DNA of 64,000 nucleotides from an uncultured Mobiluncus sp. (GCF_963511525.1 NZ_CAUPIY010000006.1:23572-87571), one strand, 5' to 3'; positions 1 to 9,216 are shown, counted from the stretch's first letter. Notes: generated by a model from the sequence alone, not told the origin. Numbers and translations: made by a program.

Positions 1-99
1 GAGTTGGGGTGCTCTCGCCCGAAGTGCCGCCCAGGAGTGCGAGTCGGAGATTCGCCTGGAGCCAGGCACCGCGGTTGAACCTGGCGGTAAACCCCTGCG

Positions 100-2778
100 C
101 TAATCGGTAGTGGCGATGGCGGCAAGGGTCGGGGTACGCACCGCCCGCAGCGCCGGACCGAGGCTGGCCAAAACGGTGGCGACCAGGGTCAATACCACCA
201 AGATGAGCAAGTGCTCAGAGCTGACCACCATACTGCTGATACCACGAGCAGCCATGATGCGTTGCAGTCCAAACGTGGCGCCCAGGCCGGTGAGGATCCC
301 CACCACCAGCGCAAAAATGGCGGTCAACAGGGCTTCGCCGACTATCATCGCGACCATTTTCGGCCCCGACAGCCCCAGCGCTTTCAACATACCGATTTCG
401 CTCAAGCGTTCTCCAACCGACATAGCCAGCGTGTTCATAATCCCCACCAGCGCAATAATCAGCGACAGCGCCAACAGCCCGTAAATAATCGCCAAAATCA
501 TGTCAAAAGACTTATTGAGCTGAGTGTTCAAATCAGCTCGGGACGCCACGGTGACCGTACCCGGAGCAATGGCGGCGACCTGGGATTTTAGTGTGTCGCC
601 GAGAGCTTTCAGGTCCGTGCGGTTTGTAAAAATCACGCCGGTGTTTGCAATCTGACCTGCCGGGTGCAGCGATTCCAAATCGCGAGGATGCACCACCAGG
701 GTCGCGTCAACCAAGTTAGAGGCGCTGAATAAGCCGCCTACCTTTAGGGTTGCCTGTTCCGAAGTGGTTGACGTCAGGGGGGTTAAGGTCGCGGAATCAC
801 CGAGCTTCAACCCCAACTTGCGGGCGGTTTTGTCTTCAACCAGCAGTTTGCCCGGAGCGCTGACAGCGCGGCCCGCCACTGTTTTCAGGGTCACTCCGGG
901 TTTGGTGTCGGGAAGGGCGGTGACGGTGACATTGTGGGAATCACCAGGTCTTCCGGTCGTTTTGTCGTTAGTTCGCAAGGTCAGGGGGGCTTGCGCGAAA
1001 GTCTGGACCGCCGTCACTCCCGGGGTGTTTTCCCAGCTGGAAACCAGTTCGTCCGGAATACTGTGTCCGGCTATGGCGAGACTGGGCTGAATCAGGAAAC
1101 TGGCGGTCAGCTCCGCGCCGGCCGTCCTGGTAAAGGAGGCCTGCAGGGAGGTCACCAGCGAAGATCCGGCTGCGACCAGCATGACGCCAATCAACAGGGC
1201 TCCCGCCGTGGTGGCGGTGCGTTTGGGGTTGCGCCCAAGGTTACCGACAGCCAACTCACCCACCGGACGCCACAGATGTTTAGCGAGCCTTCCCAGCAGC
1301 GCCGCAAAAGCGCTGACCAGCAACGGCGCCGCCGCCAAAATGCCTACCACCACGAAAAACACGCCGCCACCGTAAAGGATGGACCGGCCCTTTTGCGTCG
1401 TGGTAAAGACGGAATTAACGGCACAGATGGCGGCCGATAGGCCGAGGGAAATAGTGATGATTACCACCAGCAGGCGCCACCCCCAGCGCAGGTCCCCACC
1501 GCTTAGCGCCGTGGACATAGCTTGGACGGGTGGGGTCGCCGCGGCACGCCGGGCCGGGCGTAGCACGGAAACCAGAACGACCGCCAAACCGGCTAAAACC
1601 GTGAGCGCCAGGGTCGAGCCGGAAACAATCCCGGAGGTCAAAAAGTTCATGCCCCGCAGGCGCAAAATCCGCATAATCAGCGCCACCAGTCCCCAGCCCA
1701 GCACAGCCCCGAGGAGGGAACCAATCAGGCCCGCCACGAAACCCTCACCCAGAATGATGGCAAAAATTTGGCGCGGCTTAGCCCCAACCGCCCGCATCAT
1801 CGCGAGTTGACGTGTTTGACTGCGCACCGTGGCGGTGAACGTGTTAGAGACGATGAAAGTCGAGATGAACAGGGCGACACAAACAAAGACCAGCAAGATA
1901 TTCGAGACGAACCCCAACACGGGAGCCATCAGGTCGGATTGTTCCGCGGCGTAGTCCGCAGCGCTTTTGACCTTCCAGCGTTTGTAATCGTTCGGGAAAG
2001 CCCCTTTCAGACCGGTTTTTAGGTTTTGTACCAGGCGGTTTGGCTCCACACCGGGTTTGGCGCTCACCGCGATTTCTGCGGTGAAACCTTCGGGGGTGGT
2101 GGCCATCTGACGCATGACTTCCCCGGGAAGCTGCAGCATTCCCGTTCCCAACAGCGGCACGCCGTAATCAAACAGGCCGCTGAGCCGGTAGGCGTACTTT
2201 TGACCACCGATGATGGCATAGATTCGATCCCCGGTGTGCAAGTCATTGGTTTGTGCAAACGATTTTTCAGCCGAAATTTCACCGATAGTCGATGACTTTT
2301 CACTGGCGGCACCGTCTGTAGTGGTTGACTCGGTTGTCGTGGTTGTCGCGGTGAGGGGCTGGGTGGGGGCCTTCGGGGCAGAGCCGGTCACATACTTGGC
2401 GTCCGGGCGTGCGCTTTGAATTGCGACCGTCGGATTGGACCCAATCGTTTCATTATCCTGATCCAGCAGGGTCGCCACCAGATAGAGCTGCGGTTCAGCC
2501 GATTTCACCCCGTCTATGGCTTTGATAGCGTCGAGTTCGTCCCAGGTGACCGGGCGGGGCACATTTTTCAGTCCGGAATCATCGCCGGAAATGCTGGGGG
2601 CACTGACAAAAGCATCCCCGTGGGTGCCGGAGTTAATCAGCGCCGTCATGGTGTCGGACAAAATCCGGTTGAAAGTCAGGGTCCCGGACAGAAAAGCCGT
2701 GCCCAGCGCCACCGCCAACAGCGTCATCAGGTACTTGCGCCAATGCGCCTTAAAATCCAGCCAGACGTATCTGCGCAT
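100..2778 (-). CDS. ABC transporter permease, MacB/FtsX family (duplicated FtsX domains)
   Basis: Starts at MRRYVWLDF (ATG 2778), just after the ATPase stop. Two FtsX-type motifs (RQLAMMRAVGA, EIGMLKALG), many TM segments and two extracytoplasmic loops. Confidence 0.9.
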   Translation of the reverse strand: MRRYVWLDFKAHWRKYLMTLLAVALGTAFLSGTLTFNRILSDTMTALINSGTHGDAFVSAPSISGDDSGLKNVPRPVTWDELDAIKAIDGVKSAEPQLYLVATLLDQDNETIGSNPTVAIQSARPDAKYVTGSAPKAPTQPLTATTTTTESTTTDGAASEKSSTIGEISAEKSFAQTNDLHTGDRIYAIIGGQKYAYRLSGLFDYGVPLLGTGMLQLPGEVMRQMATTPEGFTAEIAVSAKPGVEPNRLVQNLKTGLKGAFPNDYKRWKVKSAADYAAEQSDLMAPVLGFVSNILLVFVCVALFISTFIVSNTFTATVRSQTRQLAMMRAVGAKPRQIFAIILGEGFVAGLIGSLLGAVLGWGLVALIMRILRLRGMNFLTSGIVSGSTLALTVLAGLAVVLVSVLRPARRAAATPPVQAMSTALSGGDLRWGWRLLVVIITISLGLSAAICAVNSVFTTTQKGRSILYGGGVFFVVVGILAAAPLLVSAFAALLGRLAKHLWRPVGELAVGNLGRNPKRTATTAGALLIGVMLVAAGSSLVTSLQASFTRTAGAELTASFLIQPSLAIAGHSIPDELVSSWENTPGVTAVQTFAQAPLTLRTNDKTTGRPGDSHNVTVTALPDTKPGVTLKTVAGRAVSAPGKLLVEDKTARKLGLKLGDSATLTPLTSTTSEQATLKVGGLFSASNLVDATLVVHPRDLESLHPAGQIANTGVIFTNRTDLKALGDTLKSQVAAIAPGTVTVASRADLNTQLNKSFDMILAIIYGLLALSLIIALVGIMNTLAMSVGERLSEIGMLKALGLSGPKMVAMIVGEALLTAIFALVVGILTGLGATFGLQRIMAARGISSMVVSSEHLLILVVLTLVATVLASLGPALRAVRTPTLAAIATTD

Positions 2779-2779
2779 C

Positions 2780-4078
2780 TTAGCTTCCAGAAACGTGCGG
2801 TGACGCGGGTACGTCCGTCGGAGGTGGCGGTAAGGATGGGGTGGTGGCGGTTGAGCTGCCGGGGAAGTTCCAATCCACCTTAAGCGGGCCCGCCCGGTGT
2901 GCCGCGTGGCGTAACCGCGGTGTCTGGTGCGGGACAGTGGTCTCAAGCGCGGGGCTCACGAGGGATTTCGGCGTGCGGCTGGCCCAGGGTGTGGCTTCGA
3001 GAGGGGGCACTTTCAGGGTGCTGGTCGCGGTCGGCTGTGGCTGTGCGGTGCGGGTGAAGGGGTTTGGTTCGGGTTGGGGTCGCACCACCAGTGCGTCACT
3101 GGTTAGTGCGTTCGGGTCAGACCGTGTGGAAGTGGGGAGGTTTTCCCGGTGCTGGCGCCGTTCCCGCCGGCTCACTGTCACCGGGGCAGGCCGGGTAACC
3201 GGGGCTAAATCGGGGAGGAACAGTGGTGTCGCGGGAGGCGGCGGGGGCATATCGGGCACCTGCACGGTCGGGGGTATTGCGGGTGTGGGCACGGTCGGGG
3301 GTGAGCTCGCCTCGTCGCCATCGCCAGAAATCTCGGTCATAGCGGCAAAAATTTCCGCCTCGGAAGGGTGCAACAGCTGGCCGATTATTTTGCCGTCGCG
3401 CAAGAACAGCACACGATCCGCCCAAGCCGCCGCCCCGGCCTCGTGCGTAACCATACAAATCGTGTGATTATCCCGATCAACCGTGTCTCGCAGCAGACGC
3501 AGGACCTGCAGGGTCGCGGTGGAGTCTAAGTTCCCGGTGGGCTCGTCAGCGAAAATAATTTGCGGATTATTCGCCAAAGCTCGCGCCACCGCCAAGCGTT
3601 GCTGCTGGCCACCAGACATTTCAGTCGGCCGGTGGCGCAGCCGCTCGGAAAGCCCCACTTGCGCGGCCAAGGCCTCGACCTGTTTCCGGTTTAGCCGCTT
3701 CCCGGCAATAATCGCTGGCAGTTCAATGTTTTGCCGGGCATCCATGACCGGAATCAGGTTGAAAGCCTGGAAAATGAAACCGATTTTATCCCGGCGAATC
3801 GCGGTAATCTCGCGCTGCTTCAGGCCGGCTATCTCAACGCCGCCAATCAAAATCGAGCCGGAAGTCACCGTGTCCAAACCCGCCAAACAGTGCATCAGGG
3901 TGGATTTACCGGAACCGGAAGGTCCCATAATGGCCGTGAACTCGCCGCGGGCCAAGTCAATGTCCACGTGATCCAACGCCCTGACCTGCGCATCTCCCTT
4001 CCCATAGATGCGCACCAAGTCGCGCGCCGAAACGATAGCGTCGTCTAGGGCGCTAACGGGGGAAAGTTTTTGCAACAC
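2780..4078 (-). CDS. ABC transporter ATP-binding protein (LolD/SalX-like) with long Pro-rich C-terminal tail
   Basis: Walker A GPSGSGKS, signature MSGGQQQR, Walker B IIFADEPTGNLD, H-loop VTHE. TAAAAT lies 6 nt before the GTG start. Confidence 0.93.
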   Translation of the reverse strand: MLQKLSPVSALDDAIVSARDLVRIYGKGDAQVRALDHVDIDLARGEFTAIMGPSGSGKSTLMHCLAGLDTVTSGSILIGGVEIAGLKQREITAIRRDKIGFIFQAFNLIPVMDARQNIELPAIIAGKRLNRKQVEALAAQVGLSERLRHRPTEMSGGQQQRLAVARALANNPQIIFADEPTGNLDSTATLQVLRLLRDTVDRDNHTICMVTHEAGAAAWADRVLFLRDGKIIGQLLHPSEAEIFAAMTEISGDGDEASSPPTVPTPAIPPTVQVPDMPPPPPATPLFLPDLAPVTRPAPVTVSRRERRQHRENLPTSTRSDPNALTSDALVVRPQPEPNPFTRTAQPQPTATSTLKVPPLEATPWASRTPKSLVSPALETTVPHQTPRLRHAAHRAGPLKVDWNFPGSSTATTPSLPPPPTDVPASPHVSGS

Positions 4079-4151
4079 GGAAGAATTTTATCTTGAAAAC
4101 TCAGGCTGTACCGCCACGGAGACAGCGGCGCCAGTCAACCAAAACACCGGC

Positions 4152-4195
4152 GAAAAGCATGCCCCGCCGAATCATCGACGGGGCAGCGGCTTTTC
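4152..4195 (-). terminator. Intrinsic terminator after the small peptide gene
   Basis: Minus strand: TGCCCCGTCGA-TGAT-TCGGCGGGGCA followed by TGCTTTT; flanked by GAAAAGC/GCTTTTC. Confidence 0.75.
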
Positions 4196-4212
4196 TTTAC
4201 AAAAGTGTCTGT

Positions 4213-4296
4213 TTAGAACAGGCCGGCGAGGAAGTTGAAAATCTTAGCCAACCATTCGACAACAGTCTGCAAGATAGGAAGAATGTTGCTCCACAT
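4213..4296 (-). CDS. 27-aa amphipathic helical peptide MWSNILPILQTVVEWLAKIFNFLAGLF (PSM/delta-toxin-like; too short for the ORF track)
   Basis: Translated by hand, ATG 4296 to TAA 4213. RBS GAAAGGA 7 nt upstream, terminator downstream, regular hydrophobic/polar helical periodicity. Confidence 0.8.
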   Translation of the reverse strand: MWSNILPILQTVVEWLAKIFNFLAGLF

Positions 4297-4357
4297 AATT
4301 TATTCCTTTCGGATCGGTCAACAACGTTTGTTGATATTTTTGGTGCCACCTTGTGAC

Positions 4358-4394
4358 AGTATTAAGATTAGCTGAACGTTTGCTCAAAATGCAA
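4358..4394 (-). promoter_or_regulatory. Putative sigma-A promoter of the peptide gene
   Basis: Minus strand: TTGCAT-18 nt-TAATCT, with an overlapping TAATAC(T), in an AT-rich stretch. Confidence 0.4.
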
Positions 4395-4614
4395 GAACAT
4401 AGCACACGATATTTTCCGCAATTACGGATGAATCCCTGAATTTCGCGGAAAAAAGCCGAAAAAACCTGGGAAAATGCTGGGCGGCGCCCAGGGAAAACTC
4501 AGGAAACCGCGACGCCGAGCCCGACCGCAATGCCGACCCCACGCCTTGTGAAGACCTGAGGACCCCACCGAACAGCGGCCGGAACCGCCCCAGCCTTTTG
4601 AACGCCTGGTGACC

Positions 4615-4812
4615 TCAGTCCTGGGGACCGAACTTGGCGATCGTCACCAGGCGCAAAATCCGCCAGTTAAAGCTCGTAAAGGAAAACAGCTGGAGGAACG
4701 GGTTTTGGCGGTGACGCAAAGTCGCCGGGGAGGGGTTCGGGGCCGCCGCAATCCGTTCGGCGGTGGCCGGGCTGAGCTCCTCAATCGTGGGAGACGCGCT
4801 AAAGTCAGTCAT
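4615..4812 (-). CDS. Small hypothetical protein downstream of sqr
   Basis: 65 aa, AGAGG RBS, 30 nt after the sqr stop on the same strand. C-terminal half is basic and amphipathic. Confidence 0.65.
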   Translation of the reverse strand: MTDFSASPTIEELSPATAERIAAAPNPSPATLRHRQNPFLQLFSFTSFNWRILRLVTIAKFGPQD

Positions 4813-4842
4813 TATGAAAATCCTCTCTACGTGGGTTGGGGG

Positions 4843-6309
4843 TTACTCGGGGATAATCCACCAAAACGGCTTCCACTTCGCTTTATAGATAAAGCCCACG
4901 TGGAGCAGGAACTTGGTCCAATGCCCGAACAGGCCGATGCGTCCGAAACTCAGTTTAGGGTGGCGCCCAGCATTATCCGGGTACTTGTCGTAGTTGGGCA
5001 CGATGGGGAACATCACCATCGCGGCCGCGGAGCCTTTCTTAAAGCCGGTGCCGGTTGAGGCTACGCAAGCCGCCCCCAACACCGCCATCGAGGCTTCGTG
5101 CAGTTTCGCCTCGGGGCCTTGGTTAATGAGGTCAACTATGCTCATGGCGACTTCCTTGCCGATGGAGCCCGAAGGCATCCCGGTACGTGGCGGTGCCGGG
5201 GTGATGTTGGTGCCGTTGGGAGTCTGGTGCGGTTTCGAAATCCCGTGCGGGGGCGCAAAAGCAATCCCGGCGGCAAAAATGTTTTTATACAGCGGGGACT
5301 GGTAAGTCTTGGGCCAATCCTCGTGGGACCACTGCGCGGAGCTCTTCTTCGAATAGTCCGCGTCCACCTTCATGAATCCAGCCGGGTTGAACATTTCGGG
5401 AATCAACGTCCCGTCAGGTTTCTTGGCCTCCAGCGCGACCCCGGTAAACGGCGGGAGCAGCATGGCGAAATCAAAGGACAACTCGTGCATATTGCCGTCA
5501 TAATCCTCGTAAGTCAGAGCGTGTGGGCGCACTTCGCGAACCCCCGCGCCGGTGATGGCTTTCACCCCGCGTTCCCGAAACAGCGATTCCGTCCACAACT
5601 GGGAGTCGGTAGAGTAGCCGTTGTCCTTAAACCGCATGCCGGCCATCCCAAAGTCGCCGAGCTTTTCCTCGTTGGTGAGGTAAACGACCTCGGTCTGGTC
5701 CCGAACCCCCGCTTGACGCAGGTCATATTCAGTGTTGAAACAGTACTCAAAAGCGGCGCCTTGGCAGGTACACCCGCCGTTGCCGGTCCCAATCACGAAC
5801 CGCTTGGGCGTCCCGGTCTCTTTAATCTCTTGGACGATTTTTTGAAACTCGATCCCGGCCTGTTCGGCGTGGTCAGGAGTGCAAACCGAATACGTGTTGC
5901 CACAATCCGGGCCCAAACCCGGAGTGGCGGCAAAGTTCAGCTTCGGGCCGGTCGCGTTGATGAGGTAGTCATAATGCACCAAAGCCCGCCTACCTTTATT
6001 TTTGCCTCCCGTAAACTCCATCTCGACCTGGGGCTGCGCATCATCGCCGCGACCCTCGGGATAGATAACTTTCGCGGCCGCCTGATGAAAAATGACCCCC
6101 TTGCGCCTATAGAGAGGAGCGAGGGGGAACACCACTTCCTTCTTCTGCATCTTTCCGGTACCTACCCAAATGTTGGAGGGAACCCAGTTCCAGTTGGCAC
6201 GCGGGGAAATGACCACGACCTCGTGATTGCGCCGCGACAACTTGCGACGCAGGTGCATGGCGGCGGTATGACCGGAAATACCCGCACCCAAGACGACAAC
6301 TCTTGCCAT
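4843..6309 (-). CDS. sqr: Sulfide:quinone oxidoreductase (flavoprotein disulfide reductase family)
   Basis: VVVLGAGISG FAD motif, WVPSNIWVG, YSVCT, CTCQGAAFE, AACVAS cysteines, PPRTG. AAGGAAG RBS before MARVVV. Confidence 0.85.
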   Translation of the reverse strand: MARVVVLGAGISGHTAAMHLRRKLSRRNHEVVVISPRANWNWVPSNIWVGTGKMQKKEVVFPLAPLYRRKGVIFHQAAAKVIYPEGRGDDAQPQVEMEFTGGKNKGRRALVHYDYLINATGPKLNFAATPGLGPDCGNTYSVCTPDHAEQAGIEFQKIVQEIKETGTPKRFVIGTGNGGCTCQGAAFEYCFNTEYDLRQAGVRDQTEVVYLTNEEKLGDFGMAGMRFKDNGYSTDSQLWTESLFRERGVKAITGAGVREVRPHALTYEDYDGNMHELSFDFAMLLPPFTGVALEAKKPDGTLIPEMFNPAGFMKVDADYSKKSSAQWSHEDWPKTYQSPLYKNIFAAGIAFAPPHGISKPHQTPNGTNITPAPPRTGMPSGSIGKEVAMSIVDLINQGPEAKLHEASMAVLGAACVASTGTGFKKGSAAAMVMFPIVPNYDKYPDNAGRHPKLSFGRIGLFGHWTKFLLHVGFIYKAKWKPFWWIIPE

Positions 6310-6544
6310 AGTAACAACTTCCTTAATCTGTTGCGGTCCCTCAGCAGTGTCGCAGAAAATCGTTGGGCGGGCGGTAAGTCCGCGCCGGAACGGGACGTCC
6401 GGCACTGCGCGACCAAGGCTTATTATAGCTTGAAAATCAGTGTGGATTTACCGGCTTCGCCCCCGCTTGTGGTTTAGACTTGAAATCTAGAGAATCCCAA
6501 GGGCAAACCGGGGAAAACCGTGAGCAGCTGATGAGGAGCGAACC

Positions 6545-7357
6545 ATGAGTGTGGCGAGTGAAAACGCTTTGGGCCTGTCCAGCGGTGAGGGCGGCACGAA
6601 AGTCTTTACCATCGGACCGACCTGGCGGGCTGTGGGCTTTGAGATGACCACCGAGCAACGAGCCGACGAAATCTTGGCCCAGGCGGCTGACCAATGCACC
6701 CCGGTGGTGGGGGACATGGAAAACGGCACTTTCCAGTACGTGGATCGTTCCGGCGCGGTCGCCGTGTTTGATGTCGTTGCGGAAAAGATTACGGATATTC
6801 ACCAGGATTTCAACGCCAGCGCCGCGGTTGACGCCCGCTGGATGGAGATGGCAGACCGTTTTGCTTTGGTTGACATAGTTGATGCACAAGGGGGGACGGA
6901 GCGTTCCGTAGGTAAGGCTTGCGTGGCGATGCGAGCCGGGCTGGGGCACGAGCCCGGACGTGCCGACGCCGGTAAACTGGGGATTTCCGCCCTAGCGCAG
7001 CGGGTCGAACTGTACGAAAACGTGGCAAGTTACGCGGCGAGCCAGACCGCCAAAATTTTCGGCGCGGCTCTGGACGGCCCGCAGCGCGCCCCGGAAGAAA
7101 CCCTGCCGACCTTCATCTCGACCGGAGCTGTTTCCGTTTTGCAAAAGCAGGGCGCACACGCCGGAGGCGTGCTGGCTGCGAAAGTTACCGCCGCCGAGAT
7201 GCATTCCAACACCCTGACGGGACAAAACTTCTGGGTGTTGGAGGTTGCGGCGGGATTCCCCCTCAGCGTGTGCGTGGCTGAAGGCGACATTGCGGGACGT
7301 CCCCGCCCCGGAATGATTGTGGCTGGAGAATTCCTAATTCTGGCGGCCGCCAAGTAG
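6545..7357 (+). CDS. Hypothetical protein
   Basis: 270-aa ORF with GAGGAG RBS; no motif recognised. Confidence 0.75.
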   Translation: MSVASENALGLSSGEGGTKVFTIGPTWRAVGFEMTTEQRADEILAQAADQCTPVVGDMENGTFQYVDRSGAVAVFDVVAEKITDIHQDFNASAAVDARWMEMADRFALVDIVDAQGGTERSVGKACVAMRAGLGHEPGRADAGKLGISALAQRVELYENVASYAASQTAKIFGAALDGPQRAPEETLPTFISTGAVSVLQKQGAHAGGVLAAKVTAAEMHSNTLTGQNFWVLEVAAGFPLSVCVAEGDIAGRPRPGMIVAGEFLILAAAK

Positions 7358-7365
7358 AATAGTCT

Positions 7366-7452
7366 CGTTCCCCGCGTGACGGCATAGTCTGAACCTCCCC
7401 AGGGTCGGAAGACAGCAAGGATAAGGGCTCCCTGTCGGGTGCGCGGGGAACG
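7366..7452 (+). ncRNA. ffs: Signal recognition particle RNA (small, 4.5S)
   Basis: Domain IV core CCCCAGGGTCGGAAGACAGCAAGG. Terminal stem CGTTCCCCGCG/CGCGGGGAACG, then TTTATTTT. TAGAAT -10 at 7355-7360. Confidence 0.92.
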
Positions 7453-7636
7453 TTTATTTTCCCGGCACCGGGCCGGAGCTCTGGCTCCGTCAGTGTTCAC
7501 CCTTCGAAACAAATCCTCCTCGCAAATAGGCATTTGACCTCGTGTTTTGAGGTTCGTCTGATATTGCTTACTTTTCTTTAACCTGTAGCTGTCAATAAAT
7601 TTTCGAAGGCTTGCTACGTTTTGCCCTGTTGCAGGT

Positions 7637-8482
7637 GTGCCGGAAACGGTGACGAAGTTCGGTAAGGGTGAGGTCGAGACGATGCTGCAGGTGTTGGAGA
7701 CTTGGGGGAACGAAAATCCTTCCCTGGGGGTGCGACACACTGATAGCCTGGTGGAACTGTTCGACAACCTCGAAACATTATCGCAAAACCCGCAACCTTG
7801 CAGCGTTTTTGTTCCTGATGTCAAAGCTGCCCGGCAAGCCGCCTGGGTGCGTACCGTCCTGCAGGTACCTTTTGAGATTGTGGTCCTCACCGGCCCCACC
7901 ACGCGCCGCGCCCTGACCATGTACCTGATTAACTCACTTGTGGAGCTGCGTTTTCACGGTTTAGGGCAAGCAATAGTTGACGTAATTGACCCATTTATCG
8001 AGACTCGTTTCCTCCTGAGTTCGGTTTTTTCCCTGAACCAGCCTCGACCCTCACTGTCGCAGATGCTGCAATCCCTCGCGAAAAGCAGCGTTTTCGAGGC
8101 AGACGTGAATGCGGGGAGCGTGGAAAAAATTACTGCCGCCAAGTGGAGCGCCCACCCCGACGGAATCAGCATAGAAGCGCGAACCTGGAACCCGGAAGAT
8201 AACGTTCCCTTAGAAATGTTCCCCGCACACACCCACTTCACCTTACAAGCCGTACCGAAGGATTCCGCCTGGGGTCAACGCCAAGGCAAACACTGGGTGG
8301 AGGCGAGCTGGACCAACGAATCGGTTGACGCCATCCGCAAGGCCCTCAAAAACAACATCAAACCCCGACAATGCCAGCGTTGCGAACAATACGTGGTGGG
8401 CAACATCTGTGCAAACTGCGGATTTGCCGGTGAATCCAGCCCTGAACCCGATGAGACGAAGCAAAGCTTGGAGGCTTTATGA
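7637..8482 (+). CDS. Hypothetical protein with C-terminal zinc ribbon, first gene of the Tad operon
   Basis: CQRC...CANC near the C-terminus. Stop overlaps the cpaB start (ATGA). Start position uncertain. Confidence 0.7.
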   Translation: MPETVTKFGKGEVETMLQVLETWGNENPSLGVRHTDSLVELFDNLETLSQNPQPCSVFVPDVKAARQAAWVRTVLQVPFEIVVLTGPTTRRALTMYLINSLVELRFHGLGQAIVDVIDPFIETRFLLSSVFSLNQPRPSLSQMLQSLAKSSVFEADVNAGSVEKITAAKWSAHPDGISIEARTWNPEDNVPLEMFPAHTHFTLQAVPKDSAWGQRQGKHWVEASWTNESVDAIRKALKNNIKPRQCQRCEQYVVGNICANCGFAGESSPEPDETKQSLEAL

Positions 8483-9216
8483 ATTCCAGACAAAGACGCG
8501 GTGTCATCCTGCTGTTGGCCACCATTGTGGCGGCCATCGCGCTTTTCGTGTCCATCTTTCTGTATGTCAAAGAAATTGATTCCCGAGTGGGGCCGGAAGT
8601 GGACGTGGTGGTGCTGGCGAAAGACATCAAAGAACTGGCGCCCATCACCCCGGGGGATGTGAAAATCGAAAAACGCCCGAAGAAATGGATTTCTGCCAGT
8701 ACCCTGCTGAGTAAAAGCCAAGTACAGGGCATGGTTGCCTCCGGAGACTACGCGAAAGGAACCACCCTGCAGGAGGGCATGGTCATCAAAGCCCCCACGG
8801 TAGAACCGGATTACCGCGAAATCGCCATGATGGTGGATGCGGAAACCGGTGTGGCCGGCAAGATTCGCTCCGGAGACCGGGTGGACATCATCGCCACCAC
8901 TCAAGAACAGAACGGGGTGAACCGCCAATCCAAAGTTTGGGTCGAAAACGCGCTGGTAGTTGAGGTGGGAGTACCCACCACGGTAAAGAAAGAAGACGAG
9001 CAAGGCTTCGCGAAAAACGATAAAGTCCCGGTGACGTTCGCTCTTCCCGTGGACCAGTCGTTGGCTCTGGCTTATGCGGAAAGTTTCGGTGAAGAAGTCC
9101 GGTTAGCGTTGCGCGGCCGCGGCGACCAAGGCCAATCCAATCCGCTGCAGTTCCCTAACGCTGCTGGAAAACCCTCTGGGGGACCTGCTCCAGCGCAGTC
9201 AGGAGAAGGAAAATGA
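8479..9216 (+). CDS. cpaB: Flp pilus assembly protein CpaB/RcpC
   Basis: N-terminal TM, SAF-like VVVLAKDI, GVAGKIRSGDRVDII, VRLALR. Confidence 0.9.
   Translation: MNSRQRRGVILLLATIVAAIALFVSIFLYVKEIDSRVGPEVDVVVLAKDIKELAPITPGDVKIEKRPKKWISASTLLSKSQVQGMVASGDYAKGTTLQEGMVIKAPTVEPDYREIAMMVDAETGVAGKIRSGDRVDIIATTQEQNGVNRQSKVWVENALVVEVGVPTTVKKEDEQGFAKNDKVPVTFALPVDQSLALAYAESFGEEVRLALRGRGDQGQSNPLQFPNAAGKPSGGPAPAQSGEGK

Noticed and set aside
2779..2946. N-terminal extensions in the ORF track (permease, metN through tRNA-Arg, tadA, eda, pstP, sqr)
   Set aside because: They overlap neighbouring genes or RNAs, or extend past better downstream starts that have RBS, coupling or promoter support.
5098..6477. 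459-aa + strand ORF opposite sqr, and similar long antisense ORFs (9336-10439, 11291-12298, 32848-33690)
   Set aside because: Shadow ORFs of high-GC codon bias opposite well-supported genes; no motifs.
7453..7636. c-di-GMP riboswitch upstream of the Tad operon
   Set aside because: No GEMM-type consensus; only a small ACCTC/GAGGT dyad and a possible TTGACC -35.
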